A stretch of 64,000 bases of DNA, taken from Candidatus Cloacimonadales bacterium. GTDB taxonomy: Bacteria > Cloacimonadota > Cloacimonadia > Cloacimonadales > JAFGVF01. Made by a program: the position numbers and the translations under genes. Where the stretch lies: contig OY782781.1 of assembly GCA_963678315.1 (NCBI GenBank), positions 1,728,001 to 1,792,000 of the forward strand, written 5' to 3'. Within the stretch, counting starts at the first letter, position 1, and each line of letters starts with the position of its first letter. Shown one piece after another: positions 1 to 9,833 of the stretch. Below the pieces are notes generated by a model. That model saw nothing but the letters and a program-made list of their open reading frames with translations, had not been told where the DNA came from and did not search any database.

Positions 1-27
1 ACAATATAGATAATAACTGAGGGAATA

Positions 28-2436
28 ATGAAAATAAGTTATAATTGGTTAAAAGATTATATTAACATAGATGTTGATCCAAAGACTTTAGAAGACCATT
101 TGACATTTGCTGGTATAGAAGTTGAATCTATCGAAAAAATGGGACAAGAACTAAGTCAATTTGTGGTTGGAAAAGTTCTTTCAGCTGAGAAAATTGAGGG
201 TTCTGACCATTTACAAAAATGTCAAGTAGATGCAGGTACAGGTGAAGTATTACCTGTTGTTTGTGGAGCTCCAAATTGTAGAAAAGATTTAAAGATTGCT
301 TTTGCCCCAGTTGGAACAATTATTGGTGGCGAGTTTAAGATAAAAAAAGCAAAGCTCAAGGGTAATCCATCTCACGGAATGATTTGTTCTGAAAAAGAAC
401 TAGGTTTATCTGAAGAACATGACGGTATCATGGAATTAGCTGATGATGCTGTAATTGGTACAGACTTAGCAACATATTTTGGCTATAATGACATTGTTTA
501 TGATGTAGAAATTACTCCTAATAGACCAGATTTACTCGGTATGTTTGGGGTTGCTAGAGATTTATCAGCTCTATATAACATTGATTTCAAAATGCCAGAA
601 TTACATGACCATGATAGTCAGGGAAAGATTGAGTCAGACTTGTCTTTAGAAAATAATTCAGAGAAATGCAGTCGTTATGTGGCTACAGTAATAAAAGACG
701 TTGAGATTAAAGAGTCTCCTGAATGGATTAAAAAGAGGCTTTTGTCAGCAGGTTTAAGACCCATTAATAATGTAGTAGATATTACGAACTTTATTTTAAT
801 GGAAACAGGCCATCCTCTTCATGCTTTTGATTATGACAAACTTGAGGGTAAGGTTATCAAGATAAGAGATGCTAAAGAAGGCGAAGTCTTCCCAGCATTA
901 GACGGTCAAGAATACAAACTTTCTACAGAGGACTTAGTTATTGCTGACGCTAACAGAGCTGTTGCTTTGGCCGGTGTAATTGGTGGAGCTAATTCTGAAA
1001 TTACTTCTGAGACAAAGAACATAGTTATAGAGGCAGCTTGCTTTAATTATCAAACAGTTCGTAGAACGTCACAAAGACATAAAATATTTACAGATTCTTC
1101 TTATCGTTTTGAAAGAGGAATGTCTAAAGAAACACCTTCATTTGCTACGAAAAGAGCGATAGATTTGATTCTTGAGAACGCAGGTGGAATTCTAATTAGT
1201 GGAAATCTAGATAGTTATCCAAATCCTGATTCTAAAGATAGTTTTGTTGATTTACGTCCAAGCAGGGTTAATAGGCTACTTGGTACTGATATTCCAGTAG
1301 AGGAGATTAAAGCATATTTGTCTGCTTTAGGATTGAAGCTTATTGAAAGTTCTGAAGATAATTTACGCTATCAAGCTCCTAGTTATAGGGGAGACCTTAC
1401 TAGAGAGATTGATTTGATTGAAGAGATTGTTAGACTTCATGGCTATAATAAAATCCCTATCAGACAAAAGCGCCAAAATATAATGAACTTTGATGAGTTC
1501 TATGCTAAGAGAAAAGTTCAAGATATTATGGTTAGTGCTGGTCTATATGAGACCATTAATATAACTCTTTTTGACCCAGAAACTCTGGATAAATTAACCA
1601 TTCCTGAAGATAATCATCGACGTAATCTAGTAGAGTTGATGAATCCGCAAAGCAATTTACTTTCTGCAATGCGTTCTACTTTAATTCCTCATATTATTAC
1701 TACTGCAGAATACAATATTAATAGAGGAAATAAAGACGTTCGGATTTTTGAAATGAACAAAGTAATTACTAAAGATAGTAAAGATATGTCATTTGAAGAA
1801 TTTAATATCGCAGCATTATTAACAGGCAATAGATTTGATAATTATTGGAAGGATAACAAGCAAAAATGTGATTTTTATGATATTAAAGGTATTGCTGAAG
1901 ATATCATGGAATTAAGTAATCTCAAATATAGCTTCAAAGCATCAGATGAAAAATTCTATACTGTAAATCATGCTTTGGATATATATATCAAAAAAGACAA
2001 GATAGGTTCTTTTGGACAAATTGATCCTAAGGTTGCTAAGAGTTTTTCAATTAATACTGTTGAATTAAAGCAGGATGTTTATGTTTTAGATATCAATCTT
2101 TCATTGCTATTTAAATATATGACTTTTGAAGATAGAACTTTTAAAGCAATCCCTGTATTCCCTAACATGCAAAGAGATATCTCTATCTTAGTAGATAAAC
2201 AGATTCAAGTAGAAGACATTGTAAATGCTATATATTCTGTTAATAAAGCAGTTACAAAAAATGTTGAATTGATAGATGAATACCAAGGTAAGAATACTCC
2301 AGAAAACAAACGATCTTTAACTTTTGGAATGACCTTTAATTCTGAGAATAAAACATTGACAGATAAATTTGTTGAACGTTTAATGCAACAAGTTATTAAA
2401 AAACTAGAAAATTCATATAATATTGAAATGAGGTAG
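28..2436 (+). CDS. pheT: Phenylalanine--tRNA ligase beta subunit
   Basis: 802 aa; MKISYNWLKDY start, tRNA-binding OB fold (VVCGAPN, SHGMICS), ITPNRPD, NNVVDITN, RFERG, DLIEEIVRLHGY, C-terminal FDX-ACB; RBS GAGGG. Confidence 0.98.
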   Translation: MKISYNWLKDYINIDVDPKTLEDHLTFAGIEVESIEKMGQELSQFVVGKVLSAEKIEGSDHLQKCQVDAGTGEVLPVVCGAPNCRKDLKIAFAPVGTIIGGEFKIKKAKLKGNPSHGMICSEKELGLSEEHDGIMELADDAVIGTDLATYFGYNDIVYDVEITPNRPDLLGMFGVARDLSALYNIDFKMPELHDHDSQGKIESDLSLENNSEKCSRYVATVIKDVEIKESPEWIKKRLLSAGLRPINNVVDITNFILMETGHPLHAFDYDKLEGKVIKIRDAKEGEVFPALDGQEYKLSTEDLVIADANRAVALAGVIGGANSEITSETKNIVIEAACFNYQTVRRTSQRHKIFTDSSYRFERGMSKETPSFATKRAIDLILENAGGILISGNLDSYPNPDSKDSFVDLRPSRVNRLLGTDIPVEEIKAYLSALGLKLIESSEDNLRYQAPSYRGDLTREIDLIEEIVRLHGYNKIPIRQKRQNIMNFDEFYAKRKVQDIMVSAGLYETINITLFDPETLDKLTIPEDNHRRNLVELMNPQSNLLSAMRSTLIPHIITTAEYNINRGNKDVRIFEMNKVITKDSKDMSFEEFNIAALLTGNRFDNYWKDNKQKCDFYDIKGIAEDIMELSNLKYSFKASDEKFYTVNHALDIYIKKDKIGSFGQIDPKVAKSFSINTVELKQDVYVLDINLSLLFKYMTFEDRTFKAIPVFPNMQRDISILVDKQIQVEDIVNAIYSVNKAVTKNVELIDEYQGKNTPENKRSLTFGMTFNSENKTLTDKFVERLMQQVIKKLENSYNIEMR

Positions 2437-2440
2437 AAAG

Positions 2441-2806
2441 ATGAATAATGCGAACATGAATAATATAAATGCTAAAATTCAAAAATTGATTGAAAAATAT
2501 CATATTTTGGAAGCAGAAAATAAGAACAATTTAGAAACAATTGCTAAGCTTGAAGGTGTAGTAGAAAATCAGCACAACTCAATTAACCAATTAGAAGAAA
2601 ATGTTAAATCTTTAAATAGTAATATCGAAGATAAAGAACTTGCTATTATGGAAAAAGATGATACTATTAATGGTTTAAACGGAAGAGTAGCTGAACTTGA
2701 AACAAAGAAAACAGAATTAGAAAACACTTTAGATGAAATTAAAAATACTGCTACTGAGATTGAAGACAATCTTAGTAACATGTTCCCAGAACTAGATAAT
2801 ATTTAA
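2441..2806 (+). CDS. Coiled-coil protein, ZapB-like by position
   Basis: 121 aa, heptad-rich; lies between pheT and zapA, the usual position of ZapB-like genes. Confidence 0.6.
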   Translation: MNNANMNNINAKIQKLIEKYHILEAENKNNLETIAKLEGVVENQHNSINQLEENVKSLNSNIEDKELAIMEKDDTINGLNGRVAELETKKTELENTLDEIKNTATEIEDNLSNMFPELDNI

Positions 2807-2808
2807 AA

Positions 2809-3087
2809 GTGGAATCAATGAAACAGGAAGTCCAATTTGATTTAATGGGAAAAAGATTTTCAGTAATTACTGATAACCCCCAAAAATTGGAAAAAACAGT
2901 TAATGTTGTAAAAAAAATATTGAGTGAATCAGCAGTGGAATTTAAACCGCTAGATTTTAATAAGTTCTTATTGTATAATTTATTAAAACTAGCTGAAAAA
3001 TTGATTGATACTCAAGCTGAATTAGCAACGTACAAAAGCCAGTTAGATTTACTTGACAATGATATTGATTCTATTTTAGATACATAA
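2809..3087 (+). CDS. zapA: Cell division protein ZapA family
   Basis: 92 aa; beta-beta-alpha N-terminus (VQFDLMGKRFSV) plus C-terminal coiled coil; pheT-zapA-ssrS-rny synteny. Confidence 0.75.
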   Translation: MESMKQEVQFDLMGKRFSVITDNPQKLEKTVNVVKKILSESAVEFKPLDFNKFLLYNLLKLAEKLIDTQAELATYKSQLDLLDNDIDSILDT

Positions 3088-3088
3088 A

Positions 3089-3265
3089 GAGTTTCTTCTG
3101 CAATATTCGTGTTCTATTTTTGTTTAAGAACTACATATTACTAGGGAGTCGAGCCATTGGTGGCACTCAAGCCGGCGTAGTCTCGGATCAGTAAAACTAA
3201 TAAGGTAGATGCCCACCTTGAAAAAGGTTCTAGTATCAAAACCAGACACGGTATTGCGGATTCTC
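3089..3265 (+). ncRNA. ssrS: 6S RNA
   Basis: ~177 nt GC-richer intergenic stretch between zapA and rny; 5' CTGCAATATTCGTGTTCT pairs with 3' AGACACGGTATTGCGG as a closing stem; AGAAC/GTTCT and GGGAG/CCC inner pairings; canonical synteny; ends approximate. Confidence 0.85.
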
Positions 3266-3330
3266 AACAATTTTCATTTACAAGTGTTGAATTGATCCAA
3301 TTGGATATAATTATAGATAAGCGAGGAAAT

Positions 3331-4887
3331 ATGACTCAAGGTATTATTATTGGTATTTTTGCCGGTATTTTCATAATGGGGATTGTTTATATAATCCTAA
3401 GAAAAAAGACTTTTAGACAAATCAGTGAAACACAATTAATAGCTGATCAAATTATAAAAGAAGCAGAAGAAAAAGCTAGAACTCTTAAAAAAGAAAAGAT
3501 TCTAGAAGGTAAAGAAGAGTGGTTTCAACAAAAGAAAGTATTTGAAGATGAAATCAAAGAACGCCAACGTGAGTTGAGAAAACTTGAAAAAACTTCAAAT
3601 GATCGTCTGGCTTCTCTTGACAAAAGACTAGACTCACTAGAAAGAAAAGAACAAAATCTAATACAATTAGAAAAGAATAATAGAAAACTTGAAGACAATT
3701 TAAACAGACGTTCTGATGAAATTGATGAACTTATTCAAGAACAGAACAATAAATTATCCCAGATAGCAGGATTAACAAGAGAAGAAGCACTTCAAAGATT
3801 GAAAGATGAGCTTTTAAATAAAGCTAAAAGACATATCTCTGGGGAAGTTAGACAAACTATTGAACAAGTTAAAGCTGAAGCAACTACAAAATCTGCCCAT
3901 ATCTTAGCAACTGCTGTTCAAAGAATGGCTGTAGATTATGTTTCTGAAACTACAGTATCAGTTGTATCTTTACCTTCAGATGAAATGAAAGGTAGAATCA
4001 TTGGTAGAGAAGGTAGAAATATCAGATCATTCGAAAAGGCATCAGGTGTTGACTTAATTATTGATGATACTCCAGAAGCAGTTGTATTATCATGCTTCGA
4101 CCCAATAAGAAGAGAAATAGCTAGATTATCTCTGGAAAAACTTATTTCAGATGGAAGAATACATCCAGGAAGAATAGAAGAAGTTATCTCTAAAACAAGA
4201 AAAGAGATGGATGAGCATCTTATGAAAGTTGGTGAAAAAGCATTCTTAGAAGCTAATATTCATAATATCTCACCAAACATTGTTAAACTTCTTGGTAGAT
4301 TAAAATATAGAACTTCTTATGGACAAAATGTTTTACAACACTCAGAAGAAACTGCTTGGATCTGTGGAATTATGGCTGCAGAACTTGGACTTGACCAAGA
4401 GATCGCAAGACGTGCTGGTCTTTTACATGATATAGGTAAAGCAATTGACCATGAATATGATGGTTCTCATGCTGTTATTGGTGCTAATGTTGCAAGAAAA
4501 AATGGTGAAACAAAAATTGTTATTAACGCTATTGAAGCTCACCATGAAGATGTTGCACCAAAATCTGTTTATGCAGTTCTTGTACAAGCTTCAGATGCGA
4601 TTTCAGGTGCTAGACCAGGTGCTAGAAGAGAAATGCTCGAATCTTATATGAAGAGATTAAATAAACTTGAAGAAATTGCTGGCTCAATCGAAGGTGTTAA
4701 TAAATCTTATGCTATCCAGGCAGGTAGAGAATTAAGAATTATTGTTGAACCGTCTTTAGTGAATGACGACAATGCAGCATTTATCTCTCAAGATATTGCA
4801 GAGAAGATAGAGAAAGAAGTTCAATATCCAGGAACAATAAAAGTAACTGTTATAAGAGAAACTCGCCAAATAGCTGTTGCTAAATAA
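3331..4887 (+). CDS. rny: Ribonuclease Y
   Basis: N-terminal TM helix, coiled coil, KH domain (KGRIIGREGRNIR), HD domain (LLHDIGK); ATG 3331 with GAGGA RBS preferred over the ORF-track start at 3292. Confidence 0.98.
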   Translation: MTQGIIIGIFAGIFIMGIVYIILRKKTFRQISETQLIADQIIKEAEEKARTLKKEKILEGKEEWFQQKKVFEDEIKERQRELRKLEKTSNDRLASLDKRLDSLERKEQNLIQLEKNNRKLEDNLNRRSDEIDELIQEQNNKLSQIAGLTREEALQRLKDELLNKAKRHISGEVRQTIEQVKAEATTKSAHILATAVQRMAVDYVSETTVSVVSLPSDEMKGRIIGREGRNIRSFEKASGVDLIIDDTPEAVVLSCFDPIRREIARLSLEKLISDGRIHPGRIEEVISKTRKEMDEHLMKVGEKAFLEANIHNISPNIVKLLGRLKYRTSYGQNVLQHSEETAWICGIMAAELGLDQEIARRAGLLHDIGKAIDHEYDGSHAVIGANVARKNGETKIVINAIEAHHEDVAPKSVYAVLVQASDAISGARPGARREMLESYMKRLNKLEEIAGSIEGVNKSYAIQAGRELRIIVEPSLVNDDNAAFISQDIAEKIEKEVQYPGTIKVTVIRETRQIAVAK

Positions 4888-5669
4888 TGATTGTTAATGT
4901 ATTGTTTATTGGAGATGTTTTTGGCAAACCTGGAAGAGAAATTCTTCACAAACATCTTAAACATATCAAAAAAGAGTTTAAAATAGATCTTTGTATAGCT
5001 AATCTAGAGAATTTGTCTGATGGCAAAGGTATTACTGAGAATGAAGCAAAGAAATGCTTTTCATACGGAGTAGATTTAGCCACAGGTGGGAACCATATTT
5101 GGGATAGACTAGAATCACATGAGTATCTTGAAAAAGAAAGAAGAATTTGTTGTCCTCTTAACAAACCTACTCCCAAGATTGGGAGAAGATATGCCCAAAC
5201 TTCTATAAAAGGCTTTAAGATTAATGTTGTTAATCTGCTCGGACAAGTTTATATGAATCCTACAGATTCTCCTTTTGAAGCTATTGACAAATTTGTCCAA
5301 GATCATAGTGATGAAGTGACTATTGTAGATTTCCATGCAGAAGCTACTGGAGAAAAAAGAGCTTTGGCCTGGTTTCTTGATGGCAGAGTTTCTGCTGTTA
5401 TTGGCACACACACACATATTCAAACAGCGGATGAAGAAATTCTTCCTCATAGTACAGCCTATCTAACCGACGTTGGCATGACAGGTCCACATAATTCAGT
5501 TATTGGTGTTACGAAAAGTTCTATACTCTCGAAAATGGTTGAAGGTATACATAAGGTGCAGTTTTGTGCTCAAGAAGGACTTCAACTAAATGCAGTTGTT
5601 TTAACAATAAACTTAGAAAACAAAGAAACTTTAAAAATACAAAGAATTAGGAGATGCTTTGATGAGTGA
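4887..5669 (+). CDS. ymdB: YmdB-family (TIGR00282) metallophosphoesterase
   Basis: GDVFGKPG, GNHIWD, DFHAEATGEK, GTHTH, DVGMTGP motifs; directly follows rny. Confidence 0.95.
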   Translation: MIVNVLFIGDVFGKPGREILHKHLKHIKKEFKIDLCIANLENLSDGKGITENEAKKCFSYGVDLATGGNHIWDRLESHEYLEKERRICCPLNKPTPKIGRRYAQTSIKGFKINVVNLLGQVYMNPTDSPFEAIDKFVQDHSDEVTIVDFHAEATGEKRALAWFLDGRVSAVIGTHTHIQTADEEILPHSTAYLTDVGMTGPHNSVIGVTKSSILSKMVEGIHKVQFCAQEGLQLNAVVLTINLENKETLKIQRIRRCFDE

Positions 5670-6528
5670 TTTGCTTAAAGCTAAACCTCTGATACAAACA
5701 AAATATAGTGAACTTAAGACCACATTAGAAGCTCTTGATGAAACTCTAAAGATGGTTGTTGTAAGAGTAGGTATTGATCCTGCTTCTACATTCTATGTCC
5801 AAAATATTGTCAAACGTGGTAAAAAGCTAGGTGTGATTGTTGAACTTATTGATCTAGCTGAAGATACTTCTCAAGAAGTTTTAGAAGAAACAATCCAAGA
5901 TTATAATTCAGATAGCAGTATTCATGGAATTATGATTCAAAAACCGTTACCTAGCCAAATCAATGAACAGAAGATTAATTCATTGATTAGTCCTAATAAA
6001 GATGTCGATGGTTTTAATCCTGTAAACCTTGGTAAAATAATTTTAGAAGAAGATGGACTCTTCCCTTGTACTCCTACAGCATGTACAACAATTCTAGACT
6101 ATTATAATATTGAAACTTCAGGTAAGAACATTGTTGTTCTTGGAAGAAGTGCAGTTGTGGGGAAACCTCTTGCTAATATGCTTCTTAGTAAAAGCAAGAC
6201 AGGTAATGCAACAGTAACAGTATGCCATAGCAGGACTCAGAATTTGAGTGAGATTACCAAGAGAGCAGATATTTTGATTGCTGCTATAGGTAGAGCAAAC
6301 TTTGTTACATCTGAGTTTGTTAATGAAGACGCTATTGTTATTGATGTTGGAATTAATGAGATTCAGGATGCAGATGGAAAAAATATCTATGTTGGAGATG
6401 TAGATTTTGATTCTTGCAAAGAAATTGTTAAAGCTATTACTCCAGTTCCTGGAGGAGTTGGCTCAGTAACAACTTATGAATTATTCAAGAATTTACTTAG
6501 AGCATATCAGCTAAGTAAAGATATCTAG
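5662..6528 (+). CDS. folD: Bifunctional methylenetetrahydrofolate dehydrogenase/cyclohydrolase
   Basis: KDVDGF, PCTP, GRSAVVGKP, TVCHSRT, TPVPGGVG motifs. Confidence 0.97.
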   Translation: MSDLLKAKPLIQTKYSELKTTLEALDETLKMVVVRVGIDPASTFYVQNIVKRGKKLGVIVELIDLAEDTSQEVLEETIQDYNSDSSIHGIMIQKPLPSQINEQKINSLISPNKDVDGFNPVNLGKIILEEDGLFPCTPTACTTILDYYNIETSGKNIVVLGRSAVVGKPLANMLLSKSKTGNATVTVCHSRTQNLSEITKRADILIAAIGRANFVTSEFVNEDAIVIDVGINEIQDADGKNIYVGDVDFDSCKEIVKAITPVPGGVGSVTTYELFKNLLRAYQLSKDI

Positions 6529-6670
6529 TAATAATTATACTTTTTTTAACTATTATTAGATTAAAAAATAAATAAATAATTAAAAAAAGAATAAAATTAT
6601 TGACTTTTTTTAGAAAAAATGATTTTTTAACATTAAGAAGATTAATATAAACGACCTTGGGAGGAGATTA

Positions 6671-9127
6671 ATGCGTAAAGCTTTAAAACCGAGTTTATTT
6701 CTAGTGGTTGCAATAACCCTATTAACTCTTATGGCTTGTGGAATTGACGGTGATTACAAAAGTAACCAATCACCTGAAATCTCTATAACTTCATGGGAGG
6801 GCTATGACTCATTAGATGTTCACACGATTCATGACTCACTTGTTTTTCAACAAAAGATTTATTGGAATAGTTTTGACACTGATGGTACTGTAGAAGGTAT
6901 AGCATATAGAATTTTAGATGAAAATAATGAACCTTTAAGTTCTCCAGGAAACGAAGTAATTGATGAAAACGGAGATGTTGAAACATTAACTATTAGTGGT
7001 GCTGAAGAAACTGGTTGGGTTCTTCACTATAAAGATGGTGCAAATGAAAATATCCCTCTTTCTAGTGCAAACGCTTCAAAAACAATTTGGACTAATGAAC
7101 AGTACGCTTTAGTTAATTTCCCTGCTGCTGATGAAGACGGAAACCCTGTAATTAGAGACTACACTTTTGAAGTTGTATGTATTGATAACAGAGGTGCTGT
7201 TTCAAATATAGCTAGCAAAGAATTTAAAGCAAAATCAGACAGACCTAACTGTCTCTTATCAACTTCTAAAGGTAACCCTAATGGAAGACAAGTTGGTACA
7301 GGTATTGAAATCACTTTCGCTATGACTAATCCTGATGATAGTGATTTTGTTGCTCCTGGTGCTTCAAACTATGAATTCAAAATTCTTAAAAAAGAATTTG
7401 TTGATGGTGATGAAGAAGAAGATAACGAAGATTATTCAAATGATAACGTAGTGTTTGAATCAGAATGGATTTCAACTAACAATTTCAGTGATATGGAATC
7501 ATTCCGTTTAACTCAAAACACTGATAAGAACTTCAACAATATCCTTGCTACAGGTGATGAAATCTATCCAATGGACACTGACTTCGATGGTGAAGATGAA
7601 GATGCTAATCAATTTAGATATACTGAAATTATGGCAAAAGCTTATAATCTTGCTGGTGTAGCTTCTGATGTTGATACAATCAGATTTGCAGTTAAAAAAG
7701 GTTTCTATCCTAAAACTCTTATCTATCAACAAAAAACTTACGCTTTAGGTGATTATCATTTCGTAGATTATCCACGTGCATCTGATAAAGAAGTTTATCC
7801 ATACATTGACATGGAAGAACCAAATCCAGATAAATCTGCTGTAAGAATGTTCACAAATATGGATGGAAAAAAATCAGTTATTAACTCAGCAAACTTAAAA
7901 ACTTATGTAAAATGGGGTTACCATGGTGAATATGGTATTCCACCAACAGGAACTGCTGTAGCTTATGTTATTTCTGATAATCCTTATGATAAAAAGATTA
8001 ATCAATTACTAGATGAAAGAACTAACCAAAACTATTACTCAGAAATCATTGCATATCATATCAGACTTGATGATGCAGCTTACGATTTCTTTGCTCTTCA
8101 AGACAATATTGTAACACATGAAGATGATGGTGTTATTACAGAATGGCTTGAAGTACCTGTAAACAGTGTTTGGAATATTTCACAAAGTCTTGAATTGTTA
8201 AACTTAGAACCAGGTGACCATAAACTTGAAATTTCAGCTTTTGACCTTCAAGACCAATATGACCCAACTCCTGCAGTAGTAGAATTCACTATTGAAAATT
8301 ATACTCCAAAAGAAGAGAGAAGTGGAATCCTTATGATTGATGCTGATGAATTAAGAGAAGCTGGTGCTCCTAGCTTTGATTACTCAGAATCACGTTCACA
8401 AGAAATTTATGCTGCTGCAATGGAACAATTTGGTGATAATGTTACTTATGTTAACAGAGCTGAAGTTATTGCAAATAATGAAATGAATGATACAGATTGT
8501 GCTTTTGCTCCATCTGATTTACTTAAATATAAAACTATTATCTATAGAAATGAAGCATTCACTTCTTCAACATTCAACTATGATAATGATGCTTTAAATA
8601 TTTTCCTTTCAGAAGGTGGTAATCTTATACTTATTGGTACAAAGAATATCAAAGCTATCAATGATGATATGTATAATACATCAAAGAAATTGATGAGAGA
8701 TTATTTTGGTATTGTTTATGATACAGAATCAGTAGATATCGTTAGTAATAGTTCAGCTCAAAACCCATTCTTCTTGGGTGCTACATCAGCTGAAGTTTAT
8801 CCAGAATTAAATCTTGATCTCAGTGCAAATGCAATATCTTTCCTAATTGATTTAAAACAAGGTTTAGGTGGTATTGGATTCTTTACTGATATTGCTATTG
8901 ACCCTGAAGATTATATTACTAAACCTATCTATAACTTTACTTGTAAGGCTGTTGATGATGCTGATATTGCGGCTCCTTCACAAGAACAGTTTGATACTTT
9001 TAGTCAAAAACCAGTAGCTCTTTCTAGAGTAACTGAAGATAATAAGTGTTACATCTTTACATTCCCATTATCATATATGGAACAAGATGATTTAACAAGT
9101 TTATTAGGACAAATCGTAGAACCATAA
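6671..9127 (+). CDS. Large acidic lipoprotein of unknown function
   Basis: Lipobox LMAC after a basic/hydrophobic signal; Ig-like segments (DPTPAVVEFTI); C-terminal alpha/beta domain (FLSEGGNLILIG...FPLSYM); strong RBS GGAGG. Confidence 0.8.
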   Translation: MRKALKPSLFLVVAITLLTLMACGIDGDYKSNQSPEISITSWEGYDSLDVHTIHDSLVFQQKIYWNSFDTDGTVEGIAYRILDENNEPLSSPGNEVIDENGDVETLTISGAEETGWVLHYKDGANENIPLSSANASKTIWTNEQYALVNFPAADEDGNPVIRDYTFEVVCIDNRGAVSNIASKEFKAKSDRPNCLLSTSKGNPNGRQVGTGIEITFAMTNPDDSDFVAPGASNYEFKILKKEFVDGDEEEDNEDYSNDNVVFESEWISTNNFSDMESFRLTQNTDKNFNNILATGDEIYPMDTDFDGEDEDANQFRYTEIMAKAYNLAGVASDVDTIRFAVKKGFYPKTLIYQQKTYALGDYHFVDYPRASDKEVYPYIDMEEPNPDKSAVRMFTNMDGKKSVINSANLKTYVKWGYHGEYGIPPTGTAVAYVISDNPYDKKINQLLDERTNQNYYSEIIAYHIRLDDAAYDFFALQDNIVTHEDDGVITEWLEVPVNSVWNISQSLELLNLEPGDHKLEISAFDLQDQYDPTPAVVEFTIENYTPKEERSGILMIDADELREAGAPSFDYSESRSQEIYAAAMEQFGDNVTYVNRAEVIANNEMNDTDCAFAPSDLLKYKTIIYRNEAFTSSTFNYDNDALNIFLSEGGNLILIGTKNIKAINDDMYNTSKKLMRDYFGIVYDTESVDIVSNSSAQNPFFLGATSAEVYPELNLDLSANAISFLIDLKQGLGGIGFFTDIAIDPEDYITKPIYNFTCKAVDDADIAAPSQEQFDTFSQKPVALSRVTEDNKCYIFTFPLSYMEQDDLTSLLGQIVEP

Positions 9128-9148
9128 ACTTGTAACATATAATATATC

Positions 9149-9185
9149 GAGCAGGTAAGTTTATAACTACCTGCTCTTTTTGTTT
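9149..9185 (+). terminator. Rho-independent terminator
   Basis: GAGCAGGTA-N10-TACCTGCTC followed by TTTTTGTTT. Confidence 0.85.
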
Positions 9186-9293
9186 GATGGGATATCCAGA
9201 AATATAATATGGAAAAATATCCTAACAAAATCTTGACTTAAAATTCACTTGACTTCAAACATAGCTAGTAATTAATAATCATAAGGAATATGT

Positions 9294-9833
9294 ATGAATC
9301 ATAATAAATTAAAAGATACTAACATGAAATACGTTATTGAAAGTAGTTATTTTACAGCATTAGCTAGTATATTAGCAATAGTAGAATCATTGATACCCAA
9401 GCCTCTTCCATTTATAAGAATTGGTTTTGCTAATGTGATTTTATTACTGCTAGTAACTAATAGAAAGTACCTAACTGCACTGATTGTCTTGTTTGCAAAG
9501 ACAATTATTGGAGGTGTAGTTGTTGGTACACTCCTATTACCAACAACGATAATTTCTTTAGGAGCTGGCCTTACTTCCTTGACTGTAATGTATCTTGTTT
9601 CCAAATATAATAATGGTTTTACTTTATTAGGAATAAGTATTCTTGGGGCAGTTAGTCACAATATTATGCAGTTGTTTATTGTTAGGAATATTCTTATTTT
9701 TAGTGATTCATTGTTTAATCTTGTTCCGATAATGATACTTCTAGCTATCCTAACTGGATCTGTGACAGGCGTGATTGTTACATTAATAAATAATAACTTT
9801 AAAGAGGTGCTAAATGAAAAAGTCTTTGCCTAA
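9294..9833 (+). CDS. Gx transporter family / heptaprenyl diphosphate synthase component I-like membrane protein
   Basis: ESLIPKPLPFIRIGFAN and SILGAVSHNIMQL motifs; ~5 TM helices. Confidence 0.85.
   Translation: MNHNKLKDTNMKYVIESSYFTALASILAIVESLIPKPLPFIRIGFANVILLLLVTNRKYLTALIVLFAKTIIGGVVVGTLLLPTTIISLGAGLTSLTVMYLVSKYNNGFTLLGISILGAVSHNIMQLFIVRNILIFSDSLFNLVPIMILLAILTGSVTGVIVTLINNNFKEVLNEKVFA

Noticed and set aside
1..16. Possible 3' end of pheS (…CAA TAT AGA TAA)
   Set aside because: Only a few codons visible; plausible by synteny but not supportable
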